Assembly: GCA_964247055.1 (NCBI GenBank) | Contig: OZ176051.1 | Location: 8,432,001-8,496,000 of the forward strand | DNA length: 64,000 nucleotides | Direction of reading: 5' to 3' | Origin: Paragordius varius | Lineage: Eukaryota; Animalia; Nematomorpha | Shown: positions 1 to 12,718 of the stretch, one piece after another | Layout: each line of letters opens with the position of its first letter | How positions within the stretch are numbered: the stretch's first letter is position 1 | Program-made: the position numbers and the translations under genes | The notes under the pieces: generated by a model | The model's input: only the letters and a program-made list of their open reading frames with translations | What the model was told of the DNA's origin: nothing | The model's database searches: none

Positions 1-334
1 TGGATGCACATATTTATATTGTGCCTATTGGTCAGGAAGTGTAAAATAATTCGACAGTTAGCTAAGACTTTATTTTGATTAAGTTTGATGTGACTGTTTC
101 GAAATTTTCTCCACTTTGCGGCATGAATCATAAGTATGCCTAGGGTGACCAGATTTTTTGAAGGAAAGAGCGGGACAAATCTGAGAAAGGGGGGGGGGCA
201 TCGGCGTACACCCAAAAATTATACAAAAAATTTATTGTGATATTTATTTATTTTAAAACAAATACTTTATAAATATAAAAAATATTTTATCCCTTGGTCT
301 CAGGTTATTCGTACCTTATTCAATAAATTTACAT

Positions 335-1430
335 GTGCAAGAACAAAGGGTGAAGCGATTGTAAGCAATGTCATTTCACAGATTCATTTTCTAAAATAGA
401 AAAAGATTTGCAGAAAATTAATCTCATATCGCTATATTCTAATGCACAAAATTATTTTCCACTCTCATTCTTTAACCAGTGAAAATTCTGACATAAATTT
501 TACCTCAATAATGAATATTCTGGAAAAAAATAATTTAAATGACAAAATCATCGCAAAGTGCGCTAGGTGGAAATGCAAGGAGCGGCACAAAAAATATTTT
601 AAATAATTTAGCGAATAATCTTAACCAAAACATTATTGGGGGATACACAACTTTATTCAAACAGCTGCTGATTGTCCATGGATGATGAAAATGTAGTTGT
701 AAAAATCCTAGGATATTGTAGAACTTGTTGGTTAGTTCTTTTGCCAGCTATTGAAAAAATTTTAAAAATGTATGATCGCCTAGAATCCTATTTTTTATCA
801 CAGGACAAATGTCTTAAATTCCAAGTCAAGAAAGGTTAGAAAATAATTTTATACCATTAACCATCCGCAATATTATAAATATAGGAAAACAAGGCTAAAT
901 AAACCGCCAAGATATCCTGTACTATATAAAAATGTTTTATACAAACTGTAAATATTATTGAAAGACTGGACGGTGCAAATCAATGAAATTGATCATTTTC
1001 ATTGGATAACATTAAAACCAGAATTTAATTGGTGCGATGTTCAAATATCATTTGATTACATCTGCATCTCCCAAAAATTCCCAACAAGTAATCTTTAAAA
1101 AATGATCTTTTTTCTGAAGTATCATTAGTTTATATTAATAATAAACTTAAATTATGGACAAGAGAAAAAAAAACAGTAGAAAAGAAATGGTAGAAATATT
1201 TTATCATTTTGAAATAAACTATGTTCCATACAATTATAAAAATTGTGGAATTTGCATTATATTTACCTGGATCCAACGCTGCTACTGAGCGCGTTTTTCC
1301 CACAGTAAATCAAGCGTGGACATCGGAAAAATCTTAAATGTTGAAACTTTAAAGGCCATTCATTCTGTTAAATATAATTTGACTCCTTGTGAAAACTTTT
1401 AGAATATTTTTAATAACATTTTGAAAGAGA
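335..1430 (+). pseudogene. hAT transposase fragment (middle to C-terminal dimerisation region), plus strand
   Basis: Broken frames read ARTKGEAIVSNVI... and KIVEFALYLPGSNAATERVFPTVNQAWTSEK...NVETLKAI (hAT C-terminal motif); many stops and frameshifts. Confidence 0.85.
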
Positions 1431-1489
1431 CAAGCTTGATTATATAGGAACTCTAACCATATACTTTGAAAAATTTTTTTCCAAAGTTA

Positions 1490-2450
1490 CATTTGTCCTG
1501 TGATAAAAAATAGGATTTTAAAAGATCATACATTTTTTAAATTCTTTCCATAGCTTACAGAAGAGCTAACCAACGAGTTTTACAATATCCAAGCATTTTT
1601 TGATATTGAACTTCTGCATTTTCGCAGAATTCCTTAAGCGTTCAACGTGTACCGTGTATATAAAAATAAGAATATATTTTAACTACATTTTCTACATCTA
1701 GGGGTAACAAATCAGCAGCTGTTTGTATATCGTTGTGTATTATATGCGCTGCACACACAACGCCAATAATGTTTGATTAAGATTATCAGCTAATTTATGA
1801 AAAATATTTTTTGTACCCCTTCTTGTTTTTCCACCGAAGTTCGTATTGGTGTTGTCAGTGCAATATGCGATGATTTTGTCATTTAAATTATTTTTTTCTA
1901 GAATATTCATTATTGAAGTAAAAATTATGTCGGAATTTTCACCGGGAGCGAAATAAAATCTAAAATTAAATTTTTACTTCGGTTAGATTATAATATCTTA
2001 TTAAAGTGGGAAATAATTTTGTTTCCTTGTGATTTGATGAATCAGAGTATAGCGTATGAAATTAATTTTCAGCAAATCTTTTTGTATTTCAGAAAATGCA
2101 TGTGGCGAAAGGACATTGCATACAATGACTTCAGACTTTGTACGGGCACTGTAAATATTTTAGGAATAATCTGTGAGGTACAATCCATAAAAGGAATAAC
2201 TGTGATTATTCGCGTGAAAAGATAAAACGCCTTCGGCTAGTGCAAAATTCTTTTCTTCCTCTCCAAAAGCGGTTTTCGATAAAAATCGCTCGTTTTGTAA
2301 GAAGATAACGCCATATCTAAACATTTTATATGTTTCTGTGTTTCCATATGCTTTGTAATATCATGCTTGCCGCCATGTGCTAGGGTGAATTCCCCCTCGC
2401 GCAAAAAACATTTAACAAATGATTCACTCTTCGTTTTTTTGATAAAAGGA
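1490..2450 (-). pseudogene. hAT transposase fragment (N-terminal to middle), minus strand
   Basis: Reverse strand reads ALAEGVLSFH..MDCTSQII, ARTKSEVIVCNVLSP, DSSNHKETKLFP, DNTNTNFGG, CAAHIIHN, KTRWLAL across frameshifts. Confidence 0.85.
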
Positions 2451-5419
2451 ACTTCTTTTATTAATTTATCGTTGAATTTACAACCTCTTTGTGTACTCGC
2501 ATTCTTAAAATATCAGTACAAAAAAATATTTTATTCCCTTAATTTTCTAGAGTAAACGTATAAGCTACCGATTTGTGGTATTTATTTGTCCTAATGTTGG
2601 CAGTAGGAGTAGGAAGCAAAATGTATAATCATATGATATAAATTCGAAAAAAATATTTTTAATTTAGAAATAAAAAAATTAAATTTAGAATTGATATAGT
2701 TAAAGATAACTAATGATAAAAAATTTAAACGGATAAAAAAATAAATTTTTTATAAAAAATTTAAATGTATTTAAAAAAATTTTTTTTATATAATCGTGAA
2801 AAAGCGGGACATTACAAAAACGTAGCGGGACGCGGGACAAAGTGTAAAAAAGCGGGACGTCTGGTCACCCCAGGTTGCCTTAATAGGAAAAATATTATTT
2901 TATGGGACATTTTATTTAAATAGGTTTTTGGGCGTTAGCCGTCTAATATTGTAATAAACCCATTAAATCTTGCATTCAAGTGTTTAAAAAGTAAATTAGC
3001 GATATATCTCTTAAAATTTAAGCTTATTTTTTGTCAATATTTTTATTGTCCTGCCCCAATTTTTTATTTAAATGGCTGAAAGAATATATAGTCTAGGTGC
3101 ATTTTTACCCTTTATCATTGTGCCATGCATTGAATGACATTGTTTTCTCCATACATTTTTAGATTATTGATTTATATGCATATTAACAGACTCTAACATC
3201 AACCCATTTAATACCAACATCTACTTCGTGATACTAATCCAGCAATTCCACATACTTTTCTATGTGGCACGCTGCTTATTTATGTTTTAAAAGCTTCAAC
3301 CCTTTAGTATCCATAGATACGATCATGGACGGATATTAATTATTTTGGATAACAAATAATTTTGAATATTATTTTAAGTAAACCTATATCTTTGATATAT
3401 CGATAAATTCAATGGGATACATAAAATCCTAAAAAGGTTTAAATTATAATTTCTCCCTAACTTGATAAACAATTGATTATGGCTTTAAGTAATAAATCAT
3501 ATTATTTTATTTAATTAAATAATTGTTTAAAATTGTCAAATCTTCGTTTTATATAAATTCATAAACGCTAAGGGATATTTATTTATAAAATAGGTAAAGG
3601 TTGTTTCATCATAAAATTTCAAATGTAATGAATCAATTATAAATAATATTTCGTTGTTATAATTTATTTCCATTATATTAAGCTTACAAAATGAGTAGAA
3701 AAACGTGAAGAAGTTTGGAGAAATATTTGAATTACTGGGACACTGAGGCAGATAATTTTTCACTTGAAAAAAAACTCAAAATATAAAAACGACTATTTAG
3801 TAATTTTGGTGTACCTTAGAAAAAATACTCTATAATTATTATGTTTTATTCCTAAAAGCATTATGCTAAACTTGTGGTAAAATAGAAAAGTGTTTGGACA
3901 AATGGTTTCATCTTCATCAACTTTACGAACTTTAGGTAACTCTCAATATTTAAAAAAATCTATATTATAATTACATAGGTGCCATTGAGCTTTAAAAACT
4001 TAAATTAATTGAATTTGTTGTTTATATTTTTAGTAGCTTTTTCATGAATTTCATTTGAAAAAAATCAAAATAGTTTCAGTAAAATTAGAATTAGGTGGCA
4101 AAAAAATATTACACTCATAAGCAAATGATTTGACTTAAGTGCTTTTTATCATCGAACACTTGCTGCCTTAGGTAAACCTCAACTTTCCACGCTTGACTTA
4201 CAAGTCACACCCATCCGGTATGGAGCAAATACCACAAAAGTGCAATTCTTTACCATAATGAAGCAAAAGCACTATGAAAATTTGATGCAATTTATTTTTT
4301 TATCAAAAATAAATATTACCAAAGTTTTTTCTGCTGCTCTAGTTATGCGACTTTTGGAATCGTTTGCATTGTGTTATTTTGAAAATATTAAAAATTCCCT
4401 CATTGAATTTGAATGGTGGGCCTAGTTAGTCGTGAACAAGACAATATTTGTTCGAAAAGCCCATACCTTAGGGGATGACGTAGCTACAATGAGGAATCGA
4501 TTCCGTAAAATTGCTTTTGGGTCCATATTTGCCCAAAAGTATTGGGAGTGATAAAACATAGCATAAGGTATATTATTTAATTCTTTTATTTTCGTATCGC
4601 TACTCAAATTAGTCAAAAAGAACATAGTATTTATTTCTGCATCATATATCAATCAGTAATTATGCAAAGCTCTCCAAATCATAACTGTTTTTATAACACT
4701 CACACAAAAAATATCTGAACGAAAATATGTCATCGAAAGCAAAATTTTTGCAAATATTCAGATGTATAAATTTTGAGCAGGAAAACGGTAAAAATTTTAA
4801 GATTAAATCGATATTTTGCACATTTTGCTTTTCATGTACTTAATTACGTTTCATTGCATTTGCTCCGAAGAATGATATGCCATCCCCTGCCCTAAGGCGT
4901 GTAAACGCGTAGAGAGCCGTTAAGGGTTTTACTATGTAGACAATGATGGTAAGAAGCAACACTGTTACATCCTTTACTGGATACCTGGATGATTATCACA
5001 TTTTAACATATGATTTGTTGATGCTAAATAATTTCTCAGATAAATTTTCATTTTCTTAATAATAAATGGTATAAATAATTTAAGTTGCGGTATATACAAC
5101 TCTAATTAATAAACATGTTTAGCGCCATCGAATATATTTAAATCTCAAGATTTATATCGTTTTCATTATGATTCGAATTAAACAAAAAGTTTAGCAAATA
5201 TCAAAATATATTTATGAAATACTAATGTAAATCTCGTGCTGCGGAGCCCGAGGAAGTCCTTCGGACTTTTTGGGGGGTGGAGAAGGGGGTGCTATTTGAA
5301 AAAAGGGATCAACAAAATTGTAATCCATATATGTGGATTATTTCGAAACATTATTTAATAGTTATGATCTCATAAAATTTTCAAAACTTTGCATTCATAC
5401 TAATATATTGTTTACTATT

Positions 5420-7010
5420 TAGAAGGCCAAAAATTGACGGCTAACGGAATAAACCGCTAAACTATAGTTTATACTTTTTTATGGGTATTATTTAAAGCCT
5501 TTATTGAACTTGCATGGCTTCTTAAGTTTTTTGAAAATTAGCTCCATAACCACGCCATTTTTATATGGCGTACCGGTAGACCCCTACCCAAACGTGTATG
5601 GAAAAAGCGCTGAGTTAAATTCTTTGTCTTTATAGGGCAAATGTTTGGAATTACCTTCGATACCATCGACTCATGGGTTATTCGAAAAAATACCTCAACA
5701 CTAAAAATCTTTATATGATGGCGTAAGAGCATAAAAGCTTTAAAAAAAAGGTAATAAAAATAACCGCCAAACCTTAATTTTTACCTAGTTACGGGTAATA
5801 TTTCAAGCTTTTATTAAGCTCATATGGCTTCATAGATTTTCTGTAAATTAGCTGCAAAACAATACAATTTCTATATAACCCAGTTTTTGGCGGATGCCCC
5901 CTACCCAGCCAATATAAAGACGTTCGATAAATTTTTTTGCCTTTATCAGGGAATCTGGAATCATCATTAAATCCAGATGTTTAGTTTTTGGAAGAATGGC
6001 TTCAAAACTAAATAATAGTTGATTAAGAGCGCATTTTTTAGGGCGTAAAGGCCCTAATTAACGGCTAATCCAAAAAACCGCTTGACTTAAATTTTTGCCT
6101 GTTTAAAGATAATATTTTAGGCCTTTATTAAACTTATATAACCTGATAGGTTTTCTTAATGTTAATAGGTGGCGCAGTTTTAGGCGGGTAGCTCCCCACC
6201 CAGAGACTGATGCAAAAAAAGCGCTTGATTAAAATTTATGTCTTTTTAGGGAGAATACCTGTAATCATGATTCATTCCATATGCTCTCATGAGTTTTTGG
6301 AAAAATTCCCTCAAAACTAAAAAATCATTCTATGGTGGCGCATTTTTCTGGGCGTGAAGGGCCTAATTAACGGCTGATTTTAAAAAACAGCACGACCTAA
6401 ATTTTTGCCTCGATACGGGTAGTATTTTAAGCAGCTATTGATCTCATATGGCCTGATGGGTATTCTAAAATTTAGCCCCAAAGGCACCCAAATTAGATAT
6501 GACGGGTCAGTTTTTAGCGGGTATTCCCTCACCCGGCAGCCAATATAAAAGAAACGCTGGACTAAAAGTTTTGCCTTTTAACAGGGATTACCTGGAATTA
6601 ATTTTTACGGTCTCATACCTTGGGCGTAAAATAGATTCAAAAAATTGTTTTTGTGGACTTTTTTGAGAAAGTGGCATTTTACGGGGGAAGGGGGCAAAAA
6701 GAGGGCTTAATTTTAAAAAGCGAGCCGACTATATTTTTGAATCGAAAATAGGTAAAATAATCATACTTGATGAATGGTCCAACACGTTTTCCGTAAAATT
6801 GCCTCAAAGACACTTTTGTGGACTTGTTTTAAAAAGCCCCGTTTTATACACGGGGTGGGCCGAACTGGGGACTTAATTTAAAAAAAGGCGAAGCTATTGT
6901 TAGGGCATTCATTAATGATTATATTTTTTTAAATTTAAATGGGCCTACCGGTTTTCCGGAAACAGATCACAAAGCCACCACTTTCCATTTTTATAAATAT
7001 ATAGATATAG
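5420..7010 (+). repeat. Modular repeat, left arm: about 310-bp tandem units plus an inner non-repeated cap; inverted copy at 20085-21460
   Basis: Motif AAGCCTTTATTGAACTT-like recurs at 5495, 5805, 6119, 6429. 6849-6870 CACGGGGTGGGCCGAACTGGGG is the reverse complement (one indel) of 20227-20250. Confidence 0.9.
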
Positions 7011-7527
7011 ATTGCTTTTGATGTCATAATCCAACACACAGTGGTTTTCACAAATTAAAGAAGGCCCAAAAAATTTTTTCTCAAGGGCCGTACACCATAT
7101 AATAATTAATATTTCATAGCTGTTTGACACGTTTCAAATATTATTCTTCAAATAGCCATAAAAAGCACTTTTAGGGTCGGAGCGGCCGTTGGTGGGTGTT
7201 TGATTACCTCTTAAACAGCATATATCAAATTTTTTCATAGAGCACATTTATAGGTTTATTTTTTAATAGTTTATTAAAAAAACTGGTAAAAAAGTTAGAC
7301 ATTCAATATCCACATAGAGCTTTCTTGAACACAGTTTGCAATGTGATAAACATATATTTGGAAAATTTAGCTTCCACCAAATTTTAAATGGCATAATGTT
7401 TGGGGTATTTGATATAAATAAACAAAATTTCCACCCATTTATAGGCGAGTCGGAAAGCCAAAACCTACCCTAAGAAACATGACAGATTTTTATTAGATAT
7501 ATTTCTGCACTCTACATGTGATTATGA

Positions 7528-8701
7528 ATGCTGGAAAATAATTTTGATTGTAAAAAATGTGGACAAAATTTAAACTTAAAAACCTACGATTTGGATATAA
7601 TTCAAAAAACATCGTATGAAAATGTAGAGGTTTTTTATTATGGTATTTTATAGGTTTTTGAACATCTCATTGATATGGCCAAAGGATATATCGAGTTAGA
7701 ACACCCTCTTTGTGACGTTTTTTAATATAATTATAGAAGAAATGCCTTAATATTATAGAAAACTATCAGATAGAAAATTTGGAACTAATCGATAAAGAGA
7801 TCAATCATTATAAGAATCTTGAAAATATTTTAAATGTAAACGGTGGCTCGTTTAAAAAACATATTTTTACTACAGCCATAAATTTCAAGAAAGATAAAGT
7901 TTATTAATTTATATTTATGAGACAAAATTGGATTTAAAAAATAACGATATGGAATTAAATAAACGGTTAAATCAATTAAAAGTTTTGTATACTCAAGCTG
8001 ATAAAGAACATAAATTAGCGGTAGAGGAAAGTAATCGTATTCATGAATTGGAATCAGCGTATATAATTAATTTTTTTACCTATCATTGCTAATAAAAACT
8101 CGTATTTATGTCGTATAATATAAGTTACAAATCAATTTTTCCTTTAATGCAATTAGTGGATGTTTTGAAAACAATTATGGCTTTGTGATATTTTTTGGCT
8201 AATGGTTATCATTTTATGCTATTTTTTGAAAAGTATTATAAAAAATGATTTTACGTTTACGTTGTAAAATATTGTAAGGAGTTTTTACTTTAAACATTTT
8301 CTAAAATTTAAATATAAATGTTTTTATAAATATTGAAAATGTTTTATGAATATAGAGCTATCGAACAACACAACCGTTCATCCCTTGATAATCTTGTTGA
8401 ATCCGATAAAGACTTTACGTAAATTTTTAAATTTTTTTAATATTATGTTAAATTGTGCTATTAAAACTAAAAATGTGCCTTATGAGGTTGATGATTGATA
8501 TTACAAAATTGCTATCATATATTTTAAACTTGGTGTACATATGTCCTCCAAATTATAAACGAAATTTAATTAATAAATTAGTGAATTGGATACATACCAT
8601 TGTTTGCGATTCATATTTTGCATTTCAAATATTTTGGATTAGGTATAAATTATTTAAATTATTATAATGATAGCAGTTTACTGCGCTTTATATATATATA
8701 T

Positions 8702-8738
<37 letters not shown>

Positions 8739-11700
8739 GAAAAATTTCAAGATAAAATTTCCATAAGGTTTATTATTGTTTTGGCTCTATATGCATTGCA
8801 ATTAATATACCATTTACAATTCAAATTTACCCTTGAACAAATTAAAATCACCCTAAAACTATGTATTTTCGGGTTAATGAACAATATAAAATATATCTCT
8901 ATTGCTTCGTTTATCATATTTTCTGCATTACTTTAATTTTGAACAAAATTTCATTTTTTAAAAATATTAAAAAATATACGTAATTTTTAATTAAAAGCGT
9001 ATAATTTATTTTAAGGTGAATTTGAATTGTTCAAGGGTAACTTTGAAGTGTAAATCATATAATATATTTCTTTTTAGAAACAACAATCACCTAAATTACA
9101 TGAAATCTAAAGTTGCTAAATGGGATAATATTGACCCTATTAGTTTCGTCTTCAAAATAAGGTAATAAAAATATAAATTATTCGAAATTATATGTATAAA
9201 TGGCTTCTTGTAATTGTTTGGTTAATGTTTTAGTTCTTTTGAAAAAATGGTTTCATGATTTAGATTTTGAGTCTTTTAACCTTATATACTGCATTATTTT
9301 TATTTCCAATTTATGTCGCATTTCTTTACAATTATTACTAACACCGCAAACAATTATTATTAAACATAAAAAAATATTTTGTTGCCATAAATAAAATGAG
9401 AAACTTTGTAAAAAAGCGTTATTATATATATCGAATAAAAAGATTTGCGAACTTTAGAAACCCAAAACCGTTTTTATGAAATTGTTCCAAAAAAACACTT
9501 ATTTTTTCAGTCCAGCCTTTTTTCTAACTTTTTTTCAAAAAAACGGTGTTTTCATCTTGATATCTTTAATCACCTTTTTAATAATATGTAGTTTTAACCC
9601 GCAGTTCGGCTGTATAAATTCGTATCGTATGGGTCGATTATCAAAATCACACTCAACCCAAAATAATGAGAATTGTTTGCAGGATGGAAATGTCCCTTGG
9701 TCTGAAATTAATTTGGCTTGGGGTCAAACTGCTCTACTCCTACACGTATTAGCCCGTAAATGTCAATACGAATTTAAACGGTATCATTGTTAATACACAG
9801 AATTGCTTTTTATTCCAAATTTTTTTTTAGAATGACCCTTAACTAAATCTTATTGATTATTTGCATTTTTACGATTATTATTTAACTAAACAATAAAATA
9901 TATGTTTAATTATATAAATATCTGTAGAATATACTTAAAGAAAAAATGATAAATAATAAGAATAGCAATAACCATATAAAGGAAAATCTGTTGAATGTTT
10001 TAATTTAATGAAAATTTGCAGTACAAATACAAATTTTTAAGGCCTAATTTTATATTATTGTTTCACTTAACTTCCTTATACAATATGCATTTAAATGCTG
10101 TCTTATTCATACTATAGTTGATCAATTCGCAACACAGTAGTGTATAGAAAAAAAACAACAAAATATTCACTAAAATAAACAAAGTAATGTAAGATAGGAA
10201 AAACTTTTTTATTTAACACTTTGTCGCTTTTCCCATACACTACTGTGTTGCCAAAATAATTCAACTATAATGTGAATAAGCCAGCATTAAAATGCATAAT
10301 ATAGATACCATTTTTACACCCATGAATGTGATAATTAAAAACATTGTGTTATCATAAACGCAAATTATGTTCTTTTAGTTGGAAACTAATTTTGTTGGGC
10401 CAAAATTCAGAAATTCAACAACAATTACCACATAATCCTGGTAAACCTTGTGAAGCAACTAAAACTAAATCATCTAATGAAGGCGAAAAACAAAACGAGA
10501 ATCAAGAATGTGGTCAAACTTACCCCCTATATTATTCTGGACGCGGTTTTAAACTTTTTGGTGATACCCGATTTGATTTAGGCATGACAGCTTTTTCTGA
10601 TTGTATGGTAGAGGTGTGTTTATATAAAATATTACTGTTTTTGTGACCACTTATCAAAATTCTAATCATTGTATTTAAGAATATTTAGGGTTGAACATCT
10701 CCATATATTTGTTTTAAGAGTCTTCGTTTGATTTATTAATGGAGAAGAAAAATAAATTTAACAGAAAAGATATGCTTACTATACCATTTGCAATTCAAGA
10801 CTTACACACCCCAAGTTGGTCTTTGAACACTTCAAAGCGGTCCTAAATTTTTTTAAGGTTGGATTTATCTTTAACTTTTGCATTTATTTATTATATTTTT
10901 AACCTAATTCTCTAAATTTTTATATATTATTCAAAAAATAAAATTTTTTATTCAAAAACAACCTTTTTTGCTAACTTTTGCAAATATAACAACATTATTA
11001 ACTCGTAAATGTTTTGAAGGGAAAATTGTAATAACCCAGAAAACTTATATTTTTTTAATTACATGTTAAAATATTATTGAAATTCATGTATTTTTTAAAT
11101 TAATTAAGATATACGGTTTATGAATGATTAAAAATTGATAATGATTTAGAATTTATGTTAAATAAACGAAATAGGTTAACAATGATAAAAGAGATGAATG
11201 ATACACGATTTTATTCATAAAAGTTAAAAAAAAACTAAAAGTCAAAGGACCAACTCGAAGTTTTCAAGACCAACTTGAAATGTTCAAGGACCAACTTAAA
11301 GTTGTTTAAGGACTGACTTGAAGTGCAAATGGTATATTATGTTCATTTTCAATATTTATATTACAAAATTCTACCCATAAAGTTAAACCGAACTGTAAAT
11401 TAGATGAGATGTATAGTGTCAAATACCGAACTTTATTACCTTTGGAATTTATATTTTTGAGTAAATTAAACAAAACCTCATTACAAATTCGTATCGTCTT
11501 TGTGTAATGTCTAGCCATTGTATCCGTGTCTGTAATATTTGCGATCCCAGGCGTTATCATCAATGTTGGCAACACTTAAATCATTATTTATTGTTTTTTC
11601 CCAGTTAAATGTTGGTCTACCCCTGCGATTGTTACCTTCGGGATGTAGGGATAAATTTTATTTGTCCAAATATCTAATTCAATTTTTAATCACATATTAT

Positions 11701-12133
11701 ATCAAATATTTAATTAATTAATTCTCTCTATGCAAATATTTTTTAGTTATCGGAAGAATTACAAAAGCGAGACCCATCTTTTAATTTGCCATATCGCATA
11801 GAAAACGGCCGTTTTCTAGAACCAGTTAACACGGGTACCTCTCAAACCACTGTTTTAGTTTATTCTATCAAGTATCACATTTTTATGATCCCTCTCTATT
11901 ATATTTTATAAATATTTCCACAATATAGAAAATTTAAAATTGATAAAACAACCTATCTAGAGTCAATTTTATGCTTTTTACGTAAATTTAGCCGTTATAT
12001 TAGCTAATTATATTGATATTCAATTTTGTTTGTTTTTAGGGCACAATTCAACTCGGAAGAAAATTGGACTAAAGCTTTACGATACATGTTAAAGAATATG
12101 CAATGCTTACAGAGTTATGTCACGAATATGTGA
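7528..12133 (+). CDS. BECN1: Beclin-1 / ATG6 / VPS30 (class III PI3K complex subunit)
   Basis: Exons 7528-7629, 7654-7716, 7740-7898, 7922-8058, [8356-8418 and 8487-8642 uncertain], 9592-9780, 10379-10613, 11747-11871, 12040-12133. Motifs [93 protein letters not shown] match the Beclin-1 BARA and coiled-coil domains. Splice phases are consistent for the 3' exons. Confidence 0.95.
8689..8737. repeat. (TA)n microsatellite in a BECN1 intron
   Basis: Direct reading. Confidence 0.95.
8817..9052. mobile_element. Palindromic MITE, family A (AGGGTGAATTTGAATTGTTCAAGGG arms)
   Basis: Imperfect inverted arms CAATTCAAATTTACCCTTGAACAA ... AAGGTGAATTTGAATTGTTCAAGGG; related copies at 22763-24305 and 62908-63170. 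Confidence 0.75.
10085..10297. mobile_element. Palindromic MITE, family B
   Basis: Arms ATGCATTTAAATGCTG..TTATTCA..TATAGTTGA / TCAACTATAA..TGAATAAGCCAGCATTAAAATGCAT; relatives at 19226, 27335, 37543. Confidence 0.75.
10795..11310. repeat. Degenerate inverted-arm element with about 22-bp tandem units (TCAAGGACCAACTT..) in a BECN1 intron
   Basis: Three TCAAG(G)ACCAACT units at about 11245-11300; reverse-complement AAGTTGGTCTTTGAA near 10815. Confidence 0.55.
11511..11650 (-). mobile_element. RTE-clade non-LTR retrotransposon 3' fragment, antisense in a BECN1 intron
   Basis: Minus strand reads [24 protein letters not shown]...AWDRKYYR*, the typical RTE ORF C-terminus. Confidence 0.7.
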
Positions 12134-12718
12134 TACATACTATTTTAATTATATGATTAAATCTATAAATAAAATAATTTATTTATTGATTTATATGTTG
12201 GAAAAAAATCAAAAATTGATCATTTTTATTTTTTAAAAAATTATTAAATTAATAAAAAAAAGCTTTAGGATTGGGCGGTTATATTATTTAAACCCCAAAT
12301 ATTATCAAATATATTAATTGTTTGTCAGTGTGATTAATTAGCCAATTTAATTTAATAAGATTGATTCAATAATATATTAATTTATATTAGTCACGCAGGA
12401 TTATGAAATTAAAGTGAGTGTTATACATAGGATAAAAATTTGATCATTATTTACATATAATTATTTGAAAAAGGGAAATTTTTAACTTCAAATGCCTTTT
12501 TATATTGAAAAATATATCTTTCTGGTTACGTTGATCCTGATAAAATGTTAGCGCTAAAACTACCCAAAAATTGTCAAGCTAACTAAAAATATAACATTTT
12601 TTCTAATTTATTCTTGATAAATAAAATTTGTATTGAGCATTTTTCTGATATCTCTTTAGCGGCGTTATTTCTTATTTTTCTTTCTAATTCAGTCTTTAAA
12701 GTTCTAATATGTTAATGC

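Larger units (their letters stand above)
141..2872 (-). mobile_element. hAT DNA transposon, Blackjack-like, decayed and internally rearranged
   Basis: TIRs TAGGGTGACCAGA at 141 and TCTGGTCACCC(C)A ending 2872, with subterminal GCGGGAC motifs. Flanks AGTATGCC / GGTTGCC resemble a degenerate 8-bp TSD. Transposase remnants inside. Confidence 0.85.

Noticed and set aside
4660-5030. Minus-strand exon chain with 13- and 15-nt introns ending CNETYFLCEC (C-type-lectin-like)
   Set aside because: Several incompatible frames fit equally well and no conserved protein forces these junctions; not counted as micro-introns.
4943-5060. Plus-strand TGYLDDYHILTYDLLML resembling the SPATA20/YyaL GFLDDY motif
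   Set aside because: Single short motif with no other matching exons; likely chance.
5420-6650. Array considered as a CRISPR-like repeat-spacer locus
   Set aside because: Units are long and diverged throughout with no constant repeat/unique spacer pattern; eukaryotic context.
7850-7875. 26-nt GTTT..CAG candidate intron in BECN1
   Set aside because: Splicing it gives a TAA at 7895-7897 with no rescuing donor.
8667-8936. 89-aa ORF containing YIYIYI
   Set aside because: Translation of a (TA)n microsatellite plus a MITE inside an intron.
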